From positions 82,152,458 to 82,216,457 of the forward strand of contig NC_057718.1 of the NCBI RefSeq assembly GCF_004010195.1: a DNA stretch of 64,000 nucleotides. The letters are read 5' to 3'. This stretch comes from Chiloscyllium plagiosum. Lineage: Eukaryota. Below, piece by piece: positions 28,151 through 39,763 of this stretch. The stretch's first letter is position 1. Each line of letters starts with the position of its first letter. Below the pieces are notes generated by a model. That model had not been told where the DNA came from and did not search any database. It worked only from the letters and a program-made list of their open reading frames with translations. The translations under genes were made by a program, and so were the position numbers.

Positions 28151-30772
28151 TGTCCTATGCCTACTTTGCTTGTGCCTCAATTCACGTCATCTGATGCAAA
28201 TTGTTCTTGATCCTGTGCCACCTGTTCAGAAGCTTCTCCACATTCTCATCAAATGAAGAATAAGGATCAATGATATGAAATTCCACAAGGCCTCCCTCTC
28301 TGCAGGGCTCGAGATTGTGCAGAGTACAGTGAACTACCATGGCACAAGACACCAGCACTAGAATATGCTGAAGGCCTCCACAGCCATCTTCAGTAACTCA
28401 ACGGCCTACATGTCACTTTAATGAGCAAGGAGAAAGTGCCATATTTCTCTGCTGTTGCAATGAGTGCTCCTCACAGGCATGGGCACCATATCCTCAAAGA
28501 ACAGCGCTTATGCTGATTCACTTTCAACAGTTGCAGAATTGCACACAGATGGCATGGAAGCTCTCCTTGTTCACAGAGGCCACTGACTGAGCACTGGGAA
28601 ACTTCACAATCATGTGTGCAGTCAATACCACCTCGGTGAATCCAGCCATAGTCCCCAAAGTCCCCTTTACAAATGTGACACTGCTCCAGAGTATCACTTG
28701 CAGAATATACTGTATATACTCAAATAATAGTCAATCTCATGTAAACGTTAACCCCCTATTTTTAACCAAAAACATCTGGAGTTTTCTATTTATCTCATGT
28801 AAAAGTCGGCCCTAGTTCTTCACATCAGATAACAGATCAACATTTGTGAGCCAGTCTGCCAGCCATCCAGTGTGCCAGCTGTCGCACTCTGCTCCTGGAA
28901 TCCATTCTGCCGGCCGTCGCACTCCGCTCCGGGTTTCCAGAATTATTGTAATTTGTTATGTTTTCTTTTAATTATTTAGAGATTAATTGGGCTTTTGCTA
29001 ATGATACAGTATGAATTGTGACAGCCATGAATTCCAGCCTTTCATAAGTAGAATCCATGTAATAGTTGACTCTGTAAATTTAACTTTAAAGTAAAAAAAT
29101 ATTTGACTAAATATGGTACATCCTGCCTCGCTGACACCTTTGTATGACCCCTTCGCAATAGTGCTGGGCACTCGTGTAGGCTCTTACTGCCAGCTAGAAA
29201 TGGTCATTGTTCACAACCCTTCCCCTTCCAGCACATTTTGCCTTTTAGATAATTAGTAGAGGCAACACTGATGTCCCACCTTACTGCTATGATTTCTAGC
29301 TGGTCAGGTTTTGAAGATATGTTAATCTCATGCACTGCTCAAAAATACAAACTGCATCATAAAATTCAAGTCAGTTACATTCAAACTTATGTTGATTACT
29401 TTCTATCAAGCTCAACTGATATCCCATGTCACAGCACAATGTTCAGCCATCTTTCCCACTGCTTGTAAATTCCCTACAAGGAATTCCTCCCCATATGCTC
29501 CACTGTGCCTCATACCCCACTTACAAACCCTGTAAAATTTCAGCTTGTCAGTAATCATCCTCTTCCTATGCTTATAACATTATCCACAACATATAAAATT
29601 AGTATTGAGTGGACAATTACATGAATCTTTCTTCCCTGAACTGCTCTCCCAACTTTCCCCTTATACAAAATAAGCTGACCTCCACTCATTATACATTTAT
29701 ACACAGCCCATTCCCAAGCTAGATTGATAACTGGGAGAAGCACAAAATGAATAAGAGTTAAGGAATACAAGGAAACTCTGATGTAGATTACTTACAGTGT
29801 GGAAACAGGCCCTTCGACCCAACAAGTCCACACCGACCCGCCGAAGCGCAACCCACCCAGACATTTACCCCTTCACCTAACACTACGGGCTATTTAGCAT
29901 GGCCAATTCACCTAACCTGCACCTTTTTGGACTATGGGAGGAAACCAGAGGAAACCCACGCAGACACGGGGAGAATGTGCAAACTCCACTTGGTTCATTC
30001 CTATTTTCATCCCCAAACTTTGGTAATACAGAAATAACACTTACACAAACCAAGAAGCTAGTGGACTGGCAGAAATAGGTTCCTGAACCTTATTGACAAA
30101 TTAAGGGTGATCTGGAAGCACCTAATGCACCTCCACAGATAGTCCACTCCAGAAGAAAATTTATTTCAGGTCACCTGCAGCGGCCCTCAGGTACGTTCAA
30201 TAAAAGGGTGATTGCTACGCTAAGTCATGTGGACATTACTGCTCTTCCAGAGAAAGTTATTTCTTACAAAGTATAAATTTAAACATATTTAGATGAAGAT
30301 CACAGCAGTCTGTGAAGAAGCCAAACAGGGAAGGTTGCCTGATTCAGAGGTAACTAATTTTTATATAGATGATCTTCAAAAGGCAGTATACTCTTAATTA
30401 ACCGATTCTGGGAGTCTTAGACTTCCAACCAATCTGCCTAATATATGAAACCCATGAATTTAGAAGTGTGCTAACAAATGCAGGTTCTCATTCATACAGA
30501 TTTGTTTTGCACACTTTTTAAACCTTATAAGAACCAGTGCAATACATACAATTTCAAAGAAATTAAAATGGCTACAATGTCTCTCGCATATCTGGGAAAT
30601 CTGGATTTTTATGATAAATTTTCAAAGGTGGTTGTAACCTTTTATCATTTTAGTAAACCTTGTAGCATTTTAGGCCCATGCAGTATCCTATTGCAATTCT
30701 GGTAATCATTTATTAGGTTTGGCAGCATTTGTGGAGAGAGGAACACATTTAACTTTAAAGTCTATTATGACT

Positions 30773-30985
30773 AGGAGAAAGTGAGGACTGAAGATGCTGG
30801 AGATCAGAGCTGAAAAATGTGTTGCTGGAAAAGCGCAGCAGGTCAGGCAGCATCCAAGGAGCAGGAGAATCGACGTTTCGGGCATAAGCCCTTCTTCCTG
30901 AAGAAGGGCTTATGCCCGAAACGTCTATTCTCCTGCTCCTTGGATGCTGCCTGACCTGCTGCACTTTTCCAGCAACACATTTTTC
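30773..30985. mobile_element. Fold-back PLE-terminus element, nested in an older fold-back element (~30715-31075)
   Basis: Inverted arms of about 85 bp. TSD AGTCTATTAwGACT at 30759-30772 and 30986-30999. Confidence 0.8.
30898..30925 (+). ncRNA. Minimal hammerhead core (GGGC-TTAT-GCCC family); stem I weak or absent
   Basis: CTGAAGA-A-GGGC-TTAT-GCCC-GAAA-CG-T-C. Related, mutated copies occur at about 14952, 16766, 25500-25556, 37101, 54380 and 60872. Confidence 0.65.
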
Positions 30986-31384
30986 AGTCTATTAAGACTC
31001 CTTCCCAGAGGAAGCCAGACCTACTGAGTTTCACCAACATTTTGTCTTTTAATTTAGGATCTCCAGTATTTTGGTCTTCTATTGACAATCAAAACTGGAG
31101 GCTAATACTGCATCTAATCTACAAATAGATTTATTTTGTCTTTTGGTGTTACTTATGGATATGATTAAATTTTCATAATCCTATTTTTTAAAAAGTGCAT
31201 TTTGAATGTACAAAACACATTACCATAAGCAGTTCTAATGCCTTTCATTTTTTACTGAATTCTACCACATAAGATCAATTTTCCACTGTAATTTTGAGAA
31301 AAGTTTTGGACATTAAAGCAATTCCATTATTTTAGTCTAACAAAAAGTACCACTGTTTCACTATTTCAGGAGTAAAATACATAC

Positions 31385-31652
31385 TTGCAGGTATCCATTT
31401 CTGGCATTTGTCACAGTAATACGACATCTCTTCCATCCAGGATGCTTCCCCTTCATCACCTAACTCACTGTTCAAAGAATCTCCACTGTGATCGTGGGAC
31501 AGATCTACCGAAGCCTGATCTTCTGACTCAACTATTAGTAAGGTTTCCCCTTCAACTTCTCCTTCCTCCAAGCCTTCAGAGGCAGTCATTCGTGCACATT
31601 CATCCTCCATTTGGCGAGCAGTTAAGCTTTTTGTCTCTTCATTATCATCCAT
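31385..31652 (-). CDS. KAT14: KAT14/CSRP2BP first coding segment (89 codons + 1 nt)
   Basis: Strong Kozak context AAG-ATG-G. Encodes SEGLEEGEVEGETLLIVESEDQASVDLSHD...YCDKCQKWIPA, recognisable as the KAT14 N-terminus. Donor A|GTATGT, phase 1. Confidence 0.95.
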
Positions 31653-31729
31653 CTTCCCAAACCCCTGGCAAAGCTTACACTAGAAAGAGTCAATGGCTAG
31701 AACATCACAGCAGTCACCCAAATAGCAGC

Positions 31730-31735
31730 TTTATT
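31730..31735 (-). terminator. Candidate polyadenylation signal between PET117 and KAT14
   Basis: AATAAA about 130 nt after the PET117 stop, followed by GU-rich TTTGGGTG..TGTGATGTT. Confidence 0.45.
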
Positions 31736-31864
31736 CTTTATAAGTTAAATAATACTAAGATGTGTTTTTCTAGAATTATGGTGGGTAAAAATATCTGTCA
31801 TCTATAAAACATCCAAAGTCATCACTGCTCATTTAAAGAAATGAGGCAATTGCTTTTCAGACTG

Positions 31865-32011
31865 TTAAGAGCTTCCCGGTGTCAATGAACTTTGCTGACG
31901 TCGATCTGCTTCCAATTTCTTTGTCAGACTAATCTGTTCCTCCAAAATTCGAAGATTCTCCTTTTTGCGTGCCTGTCGTTCAAGGTCTCTGAAAACTCCT
32001 TCTCTCAACCT
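31865..32011 (-). CDS. PET117: PET117 coding exon 2 (aa 33-80 plus stop)
   Basis: Acceptor TTTTTCTTTCCATAG| then RLREGVFRDLERQARKKENLRILEEQISLTKKLEADRRQQSSLTPGSS*, with TAA at 31867-31865. It matches the PET117 motif RLRxGVxRDxERQxRKKEN. It is absent from the ORF track because it has no ATG of its own. Confidence 0.95.
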   Translation of the reverse strand, partial: RLREGVFRDLERQARKKENLRILEEQISLTKKLEADRRQQSSLTPGSS

Positions 32012-32555
32012 CTATGGAAAGAAAAAAAAGATTTAGCTTCTTTTAAAAACTCAGCTAGTGATCAACACAAAAGTTACATGAATTTGCGCAACATTACTGT
32101 GCAACTTTAAAGATGCACATCCTAATCATCCAAGTGACTGGAAGTTCAAACGCAGAAGCAAAAAAAAATGTGATTTTCCAATTGAAGACCTTAATAAGAG
32201 CTGAGATAGTTTAACCAATTGAAATGTTGCCAAATACAAGACCTATATCATGTTTCGTGTTAACCTGTGTGTGGAGGTTTATCAAAAGCTGATCCTAAAG
32301 AACACCATCTCAATCACATCACATCAGCCTTTAAAATGTGAGATTCTAGATTCAAGTACTAAATATTCCTCAAGCGTCCATTCGTCTTCCAAAAATGCAG
32401 TAAGTATAATAAGTAGTTGAACTGCTTATCAGTTTAACTTTCTAGCAGTTACAGCAGGAGTCCATCTAGAGTTATTAATTTTTAAACTAAAATGATGGAG
32501 CAGGTACTTCACTGGGCCACGTCTGTAATGTTAATCTTAGAAAAGAACCAACTCC

Positions 32556-34938
32556 ATAGGTCTACTAATAATATTAGAAGAGTATTAAACATGGCCCAGG
32601 TATGCCAGCAAGGGTCGATTCCGGGCTTGGTAGTCTCCCTGGATGCAGAGAAAACGTTTGGCCAGGTGGAGTGGCTGTACCTCTTATGTACTGGAGGAGT
32701 TTGGTCTTCGAGGGTCTTTTTGCCAGGTGGGTGGCAGCGGTTCTCACTAATGGTATAAGGTCGGATAATTTTAGTATCAGCAGAGGCAGCCAACAAGGGG
32801 TGCCCTCTCTCGCTGCTATTATTTACATTGGTGATTGAGCCGCTCGCCGACGCCATCCAGAGGAACCCCAACATAATTGCTCCGGAGGTAGGGTTAGGGA
32901 GGCATATGATCATCCTGACGCAGATGACGTTCTTCTCTTTTTAACTGATCTTATGACATTTGTGCTCAATTTAATAGAAGGGATTAATCTATTTGGTTTG
33001 TTTTCGGGGTATAAAATTAACTTTATGAAGTCAGAGGCTATGACTGTGTGGGGGGAGGGCTTTACTAGAATATACAATCTTGGGAATGGAACCAGTTTCC
33101 CTTTCAGGTGGTCATAGAGTGGTCACAGGTAAGTTTCTTGTATGCAGACATTTTTATCACCCCAGCCTTTGATCAATTATATAAAGCTAATTTTGTGCAG
33201 TTGCTACAAAAGATAAGGCAGGACCTTCGGCACTTCCGATATCTTGGTTGAGTAGAATAGCTCTGGTCAAAATGAATATTCTTCTTCACATCTTATATCC
33301 CATGCGAATGCTCCCTTTGATGCTGCCTAGGCAAGCACTACGGAGGCTTGACAGTTGGCTTGGATCTTTTATCTGGCATCATAGGCGGCCTCTTATTAAG
33401 CTGGCCAAACTGCAGCTTCCGCATGGGAATGGGAAGTTTGAAATTCCTGGATTTTAAGAAATGTCAATCGAGTTCCTTACTATCCGATGTGACTGACTGG
33501 GCTTGCCAGGCTCTGTGGTCAATCTGACTGGACATAGAAATCTCCCAGGCAAAATGCCCCTCATCTATTTACTGTTATGGACCATTGTATAAACCCAATT
33601 GTTCTTAACACGGTTAAAGCATGGACAATGATACGATAAGGTGAGGGCAACTAACAAAAACTTCCCCTTTCACTCCCATAGTAGGAATGTTAGGATTCCA
33701 TCTGGGGCTGATGGACTCTGGCTTTAAGCTCTGGCAGTTTAGAGGAGTCTCTTGTTTGGGAAATTTATTTGATAGGGAGGTCATAATGTCTTTCAAGCAG
33801 CTGAGTCAGAAATATGAGTTATCTAGGAGGAACCTTTTTCGTTACTAACAGGTTAGGCACTTTATACAGAAAAAGATGACATTGATGGTTAGTCCCTATA
33901 AGTCTGATATGGAGAGGAGAGTGCTTCAGTCTACAGGCGCTCTCTCCATCAGCACCCTCTATCACTTGTTAAGAGGCAATGTTTCAAAGGATACTGAGCA
34001 GCTATGTGGAATCTGGACTCAAGAATGGGTGTAGAAATCTCAGAGGGATGGGAGGATATTTGGTAGAACATAAGAAAGATTTTGATTTGTAACGGGATGC
34101 AGGCTATGCAATTGAAGGAACTCCACAGGGCTCATTTGGCACAGGGGCAGCTTGTAAAATTTAAGACTGCAGCGACCCAATGTGCCCCAAATGTAAAACA
34201 GATGTTGGTATTCTTACTCATTGTTTGTGATCATGCCAAAAGCTTCATAGGTATTGGGGTACCACCGCGAGTGTTTTGGAAGAGGTTACTGAGGTTAAGG
34301 TGGATCCAGTGTCCCTCCTTTTGGGCTTGCCAAATCTCCCTTCTTTGGACACATGAGAAGAAACTGTTTAATATTATTTCATTCTGGAGAGGGAGAAACA
34401 TTCTAATGAGCTGGGTGTCAGAGAATCCTCCAGAACTCCCGGGATGGTGTAGATTAGTCATGGAGCACATCCCCCGGGATTTCCTTACAAGTATGGTGCT
34501 CCAGAATATGGAACTGTTTGACAGAACATGGCAGCCCTTTCTGAATTATATAGATGCAGACTTGTCGGCTATATTGGTCAGGGACTTTGTGTAGTCATGA
34601 GGACTATGTCTGGTGGTCGGGGGGGCCCTGTGAGGAAGAATCCCAAATAAATACGGGTTTGCCTACTGATGCTCCCGGTGGTGGGGAGCTTTGGTGGGAT
34701 TGCGCTGAGTGTAGTAACTTAACTGAATGTAATTTAATTTACATTGGTTTAACTTGGTTTAATTTAGCTTTTTTTAGTTATTTATTGAATTGTAGTTTTT
34801 GTAGGTTTTTTTCCCTCTCACCTCAGTGGTTTGTGGAGTAGAGTAGTAGTTTGGTTACTGTTACTGTCGTTATACTATAATGTTGTTTTACTATTTTGTA
34901 GTGATTTTGTAATTTTGTAAAAATATTTACAGAAAAAC
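32556..34938 (+). mobile_element. 5'-truncated L1-clade LINE (decayed ORF2 RT, C-terminal Cys region, 3' UTR), antisense to the gene
   Basis: SLDAEKxF, RGSQQGCPL and SRIALVKMNIL motifs with frameshifts, an A-rich tail, and perfect TSD AAAAGAACCAACTCC at 32541-32555 and 34939-34953. Confidence 0.85.
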
Positions 34939-34999
34939 AAAAGAACCAACTCCTCTGTTGCATCTTTTCAATGGCAGTCAGGAATCCACAATCCACTAA

Positions 35000-35594
35000 G
35001 TATAGGGGTTGGGAGGTCATAATGCAACTGTAAAAGACCTTGGTTAGGCCACTACTGGAATACCGCCTGAAATTCTGGTCTCACTCCTATAGGAAGGATG
35101 TTGTGAAACTTGAAAGGGCTCAGAAAAGATCTACAAAGATATTGCCAAGGTTGAAGGGTTTGAGCTATAGGGAGAAGCTGAGTAAATCAGGGCTATTTTC
35201 CCTGGAGCATCGGAGACTAAGGGGTGACCTTATGGAGGTTTGTAAAATCATGACAAGCACGGATAGAGTAAATAGACAAGGTCTTTTCCCAGGAGTAAGG
35301 AAATCCAAAACTAGAGGGCATAGGTTTAGGGGGAGAGGGGAAAGATTTAAAAGGAACCTAAAAGACACTTTTTTCACACAAAGGGTTGCTCTTGTATGGA
35401 ATGAGCTGACAGAAGAAGTGATGGAGGCTTGGTACAATGACAACATTTGAAAGGCATCTAGATGGGTATATGAATAGGAAGGGTTTAGAGGGATATGTGT
35501 CAAATGCTGGCAAACAGGACTAGATTTATTTAGGATATCTGGTCGGCATGGATGAATTGGACTGAAGGGTCTGTTTCTGTGCTCTGACTCTATG
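35000..35594 (+). mobile_element. CR1 3' end
   Basis: VRPLLEY..FWS..YRKDVVKLERAQKR..FSLEHRRLRGDL plus 3' UTR. Confidence 0.9.
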
Positions 35595-36975
35595 TGTGTT
35601 GAGCCACATGTATATTAAAGTTTCACATTCCTGAAAGTGCCAACAAGAAACAGAAAGTGATGGTGCAAGAGTGTAACATCAGGTACAGTATTAACCAGAC
35701 AAGTAGTACAAACCCAGTGTTAGAACTCTTGGCACATTCTATAATGATCTTAGCTGGTTTACTTTCCACTGATCATTCTTGCTTTTTCCATAAACAAGGC
35801 CCCCTTGATCGAAAAACAGTCTACATCTCAATATCAAGCATCACTAGCAACAGAACTCCTCAGTTAGTATGTTGGGTGCACTTTTTAGCCAAGTAATGAT
35901 TATTACAAAGTCAATTTTGGAACTTCTTTAACATAAGTTTCTAGCTTTCCTTGTGAGGTATTATCTAAGCTGAGATACTGCCTGTTTCTCTCTCCCATTC
36001 CCTATCTTAAAGCAAAGAAAAAGGACCAACCACTCAGAGGTAACAAAGTTATCTGAGCCAGACAACTAAAGAGAATAGATTGGATATAACACAGAAAAAA
36101 ATGAAACATCACACCACCATGGAGAGAAAGGATTATGAATTATCAACAGGAGGAAAGAGAAAATTGATGAAGACAAAACTGAACGATGGAGTCCAGAGCA
36201 AGCAGCTACATTGACGGAAACTTTAAAGCATTAATGGCTGCTAGAATGACCGGAAGAGAAGGAAGGGAGGTAAAAGTTAGAAGATTGAGAGGGAAGACAA
36301 GATAAGATGTCAGAAAGAGCAGTAGAATGGGGTATAATGGAAGAGACAATGTTGTGACAAGAAAGAAAGGAAAGGAGAGGTGCCATGACTGCTGATTTTT
36401 AGGATTCTAAAGGAACTGCCAAAGTCTGATGAGGAAAGGGCAACAACATATCGTTAATATTGCAACTTTTATGACATCTAATTTTACAACTCTGACATCA
36501 AAGCACCTTTCACAATTTAACATTAAGCAGCACAGCTGAGCAGGCTTGACTGCACAATGAAACCCAAAATAACCAAAAGGTTTCGTTAAACGATAGGTAA
36601 TATAGGCAAGTTGTAGATGTTTGTTCACACACAAAACTCCAATCAAAAAGGTGTTAGCCATTAGATAGAAAGAAATGTAAAAGAGTGAAGGGAAGAACCT
36701 TTCAAAGCAGGAAAATGTCATTTCAGACTGTAATTTGATTCTACTCCAAGGAACATACAAGATTATAGAGAGTTTATTTTAAATAAAAAAAGAAATATAC
36801 TAGAGCAGTACTACATTTTGTTGCCAACGCAATTCATTACTGGAAGTTCCAACACAACCATAATAGTAATATGAAAAACCGTGCCAAGAAACTCTTGCTT
36901 CAAAAATTATACACAATGTATCAGAAAGCAAAATCATTTGCAATTTTTTTTATCAGAGGGTTATCCAGTGTATTA

Positions 36976-37193
36976 GGAGAAAGTGAGAACTGCAGATGCT
37001 GGAGACCAGAGTTGAAAAATGTGGTGCTGGAAAAACACAGCAGGCCAGGCATCATCCGAGGAGCAGGAGAATTGGCGTTTCGGGCATAAGCCCTTGATTC
37101 CTGAAGACGGGCTTATGCCCGAAACGCCGATTCTCCTGCTCCTCGGATGATGCCTGGCCTGCTGTGGTTTTCGAGCACCTCATTTTTCAATAG
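36976..37193. mobile_element. Fold-back PLE-terminus element
   Basis: Same family. TSD CCAGTGTATTA at 36965-36975 and 37194-37204. Confidence 0.8.
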
Positions 37194-37947
37194 CCAGTGT
37201 ATTACTCCATTAACTTGTTAATCAATACCATGGGACACAAAGATAGCATGCAAACAACTTGATGGTGCATGCACAATCTGTCACAACTATCTGCAACATT
37301 ATGCCAGGGTGGAGGTCACAGGAATGCAGTTAAGGAACATGAAGGTGACTCTGGGATAATCTTGACCAAAGTGGCCAAGCACTGACTTTCACTAATGAAG
37401 TCTCTCAACATGTACATATGACAACAGCACTCACAAATTGGCAATGCCAAACATGTTCAGCTCAGGAGTTTTAAAAGAGTCTATCCTGCAGACAATGATT
37501 CTTGTATTGATAATTATGCAGCAGAATCACAAGATTATATATTCATTTTAGCAACAGGTCATTTTAATGAAAGTATCCTAATTTATCTGGAAAAAATGGC
37601 GAAGACCAAAACAATACAAGATCACAAGTCATCCTTCACTGGAATCAATTTTTCTCATCATGCAATGGCTTCAAAGGGAAAAATCCATATTGAACAGTAC
37701 AATAGTAGAAGAAACTCTGGACTATGCCAGCCCTCTTACACCAATAAAAAAGGAGGAACTGTTGCCAAAGTTAGTCAAGAAATCCATTTTTATACACTGG
37801 ATCATAACATAATGTTGACAGAAACTGCAATGTTACAGGTAATCAATCAGCTGTTAGTTAAAAGCTATTGAGCTAACTAAAAGCAAATGCTTACATTTGA
37901 GGCTAATTTTATTTGGGCTTTGACAATGCAACATTTAAAAATTCTGT

Positions 37948-38674
37948 GATTTTTGAGAAGATTTGTAGCTCAGGTTGAGGTTCGGGTTGTAAGTTTGCTT
38001 GCTGTGCTGGAAGGTTTGTTTACAGATGTTTCGTCACCATATTAGGTAACATCGTCAGTGAGCCTCCAGTGAAGCACTGATGTTATGTCCTGCTTTCTAT
38101 TTGTGTCTTGGTCTCTTAAGCTGGATGATATTTCCAGTTCTTTTTCTCAGAGATTGGTAATTGGGGTCCAAATTTGTGTGTTTCTTGATGGAGTTCCAGT
38201 TTGAATGTCAGGTCTCGAGGAATTCCTGTGTGTCTCTCTGTTTAGCCTATCCTAGGATGGATGTGTTGTCCCAATCAAAGTGGTGTCCTTCTTCGTCTGT
38301 ATGGAAGGATACTAGTGATAGTGGGTCATGCCTTTTGGTGGCTAGTTGATGTTTGTGTATCCTGGTGTCTGCCTGTCTGTCCAATGTAGTGTGTGTTACA
38401 GTTCTTGCATGGTATTGTGTAAATGACATTTGTTTTGCTGGTTTGTTTTGTATAAGATTCTTTAGTTCATCAGCCGCTGTTTAAATGTGTTGGTAGCCCC
38501 ATTTACCAACCTCTGAGAAAAAGAACCGGAAATGATATCACCCACCTTAAGAGACGAGACACAAACAGAAAGTGGGACACAACACCAGCATTTCATCAAA
38601 GGCTCACTGATGATGTAATCAAGCATGGTGACGAAAACAAACCTTCCAGCTCAGCGAGCAAACTTACAACCTGA
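37948..38674 (-). mobile_element. Penelope-like element: inverted pseudo-LTRs plus GIY-YIG C-terminal remnant
   Basis: TRIHKHQLATKRHDPLSLVSFHTDEEGHHFDWDNTSILG on the minus strand. Arms are homologous to 3541-4039. 15-bp TSD with 2 mismatches (37933-37947 / 38675-38689). Confidence 0.8.
38025..38058 (-). ncRNA. Hammerhead motif, slightly decayed (GTTACC/GGTRAC family)
   Basis: CTGACGA-T-GTTACC-taatat-GGTGAC-GAAA-CA-T-C. Relatives with core mutations occur at 3582-3615(-), 3929-3962(+) and 38607-38636(+). Confidence 0.6.
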
Positions 38675-39674
38675 ATTTGAGAATTCTGTTTATGGAGCAT
38701 TTGGTAGCATTCAAATTAGGATGGCCAAGAGTACTACCTATACAAGGGGAAAATAAAAGATGTACATGGAGTACTGAACTCACTTTCAAAGCCACATTTC
38801 ACTCTTCAGCAATTGTCCTCCATTCCATTTTACTCTGTGTGGATCCCAACCTAAATTCCACCCTTACGATTTCACATTCACTCATGATTATGTCTTCAAT
38901 ATATTCAGTGTTGCACTGTTTTGTCTGCATCCAGAGATCCACATTCAATGGCACCACCATATGCACATTCTTGACCTCTCTTCAACAGTACTGATTGTTC
39001 CCATTCACCAGCAATCTGTTCTACAGGATGAACTTGTTTGCACATTTTCGTTAATTCTATCACTTCTTCCAAGTGTAAAGTTCTGCTATGGGGGCATATA
39101 TTGATCTTAGCTATGCCTGCATTTCAATTGGTTATGTAGAACATTCTTTGTTCCAAAGCAAAAACAGAAATTGCTGGAGAAACTCAGCAGGTTTGGCAGA
39201 ACTGAATGGTCACCAGACTTGAAACATTAACACTTTTTCTTCCCACAAATGCTGCCAGACCTACTGAGTTTCTCCAGCAAATTCTGTTTCTGTTTCAGAT
39301 CTCCAGTATTCACAGTTCTTTGTTTTAATTCTACTGAATTCCCCTTCCTTACTTATTTAATAGTAACGACTGCATCAATGCCACTTGCTGGTCTTATCCT
39401 GAACCGGGAAATTTCATTTTTAATTTTTATATTTCTGTCACCCTCACATGATGAGTCTCCACTTCTTTCCTTCCCTTCCTTGACATCTCCACTTCTAGTG
39501 ATAGCTATCGACTAATATACACACGTCGACTGACTCCCCTGACTACACTTCCTTTTTTCCTCAGCTGAGGATCTTATCATCAGCAATCATTCATTAGTGA
39601 GTATGACTGTCTACCAAAGAGTCTGTCACTGGGCATGGGCTCCGCGGGTCCGCATGTAGCTGATAGACCCAGGT

Positions 39675-39678
<4 letters not shown>

Positions 39679-39714
<36 letters not shown>

Positions 39715-39763
39715 AAGCACACGAGAGAGAAAGAAAACGAGAGAGAGAGAGAGAGAGAGAGAG
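39679..39763. repeat. Interrupted (GA)n microsatellite
   Basis: Two pure GA runs separated by a degenerate purine spacer. Confidence 0.95.

Noticed and set aside
30170..30190. Plus-strand 21-nt micro-exon-like pattern (TTTCAG|...|GTACGT)
   Set aside because: No plus-strand gene is evident in the window; likely chance.
30773..30985. Reading the palindromic repeats as MITEs or CRISPR-like repeats
   Set aside because: Variable long TSDs, asymmetric arms, hammerhead cores and GIY-YIG remnants point to Penelope-like retroelements. There is no repeat-spacer array and the DNA is eukaryotic.
31653..31867. Stop-codon readthrough from PET117 into KAT14
   Set aside because: The ORFs are out of frame (212-nt spacer), so readthrough alone cannot reach the KAT14 frame.
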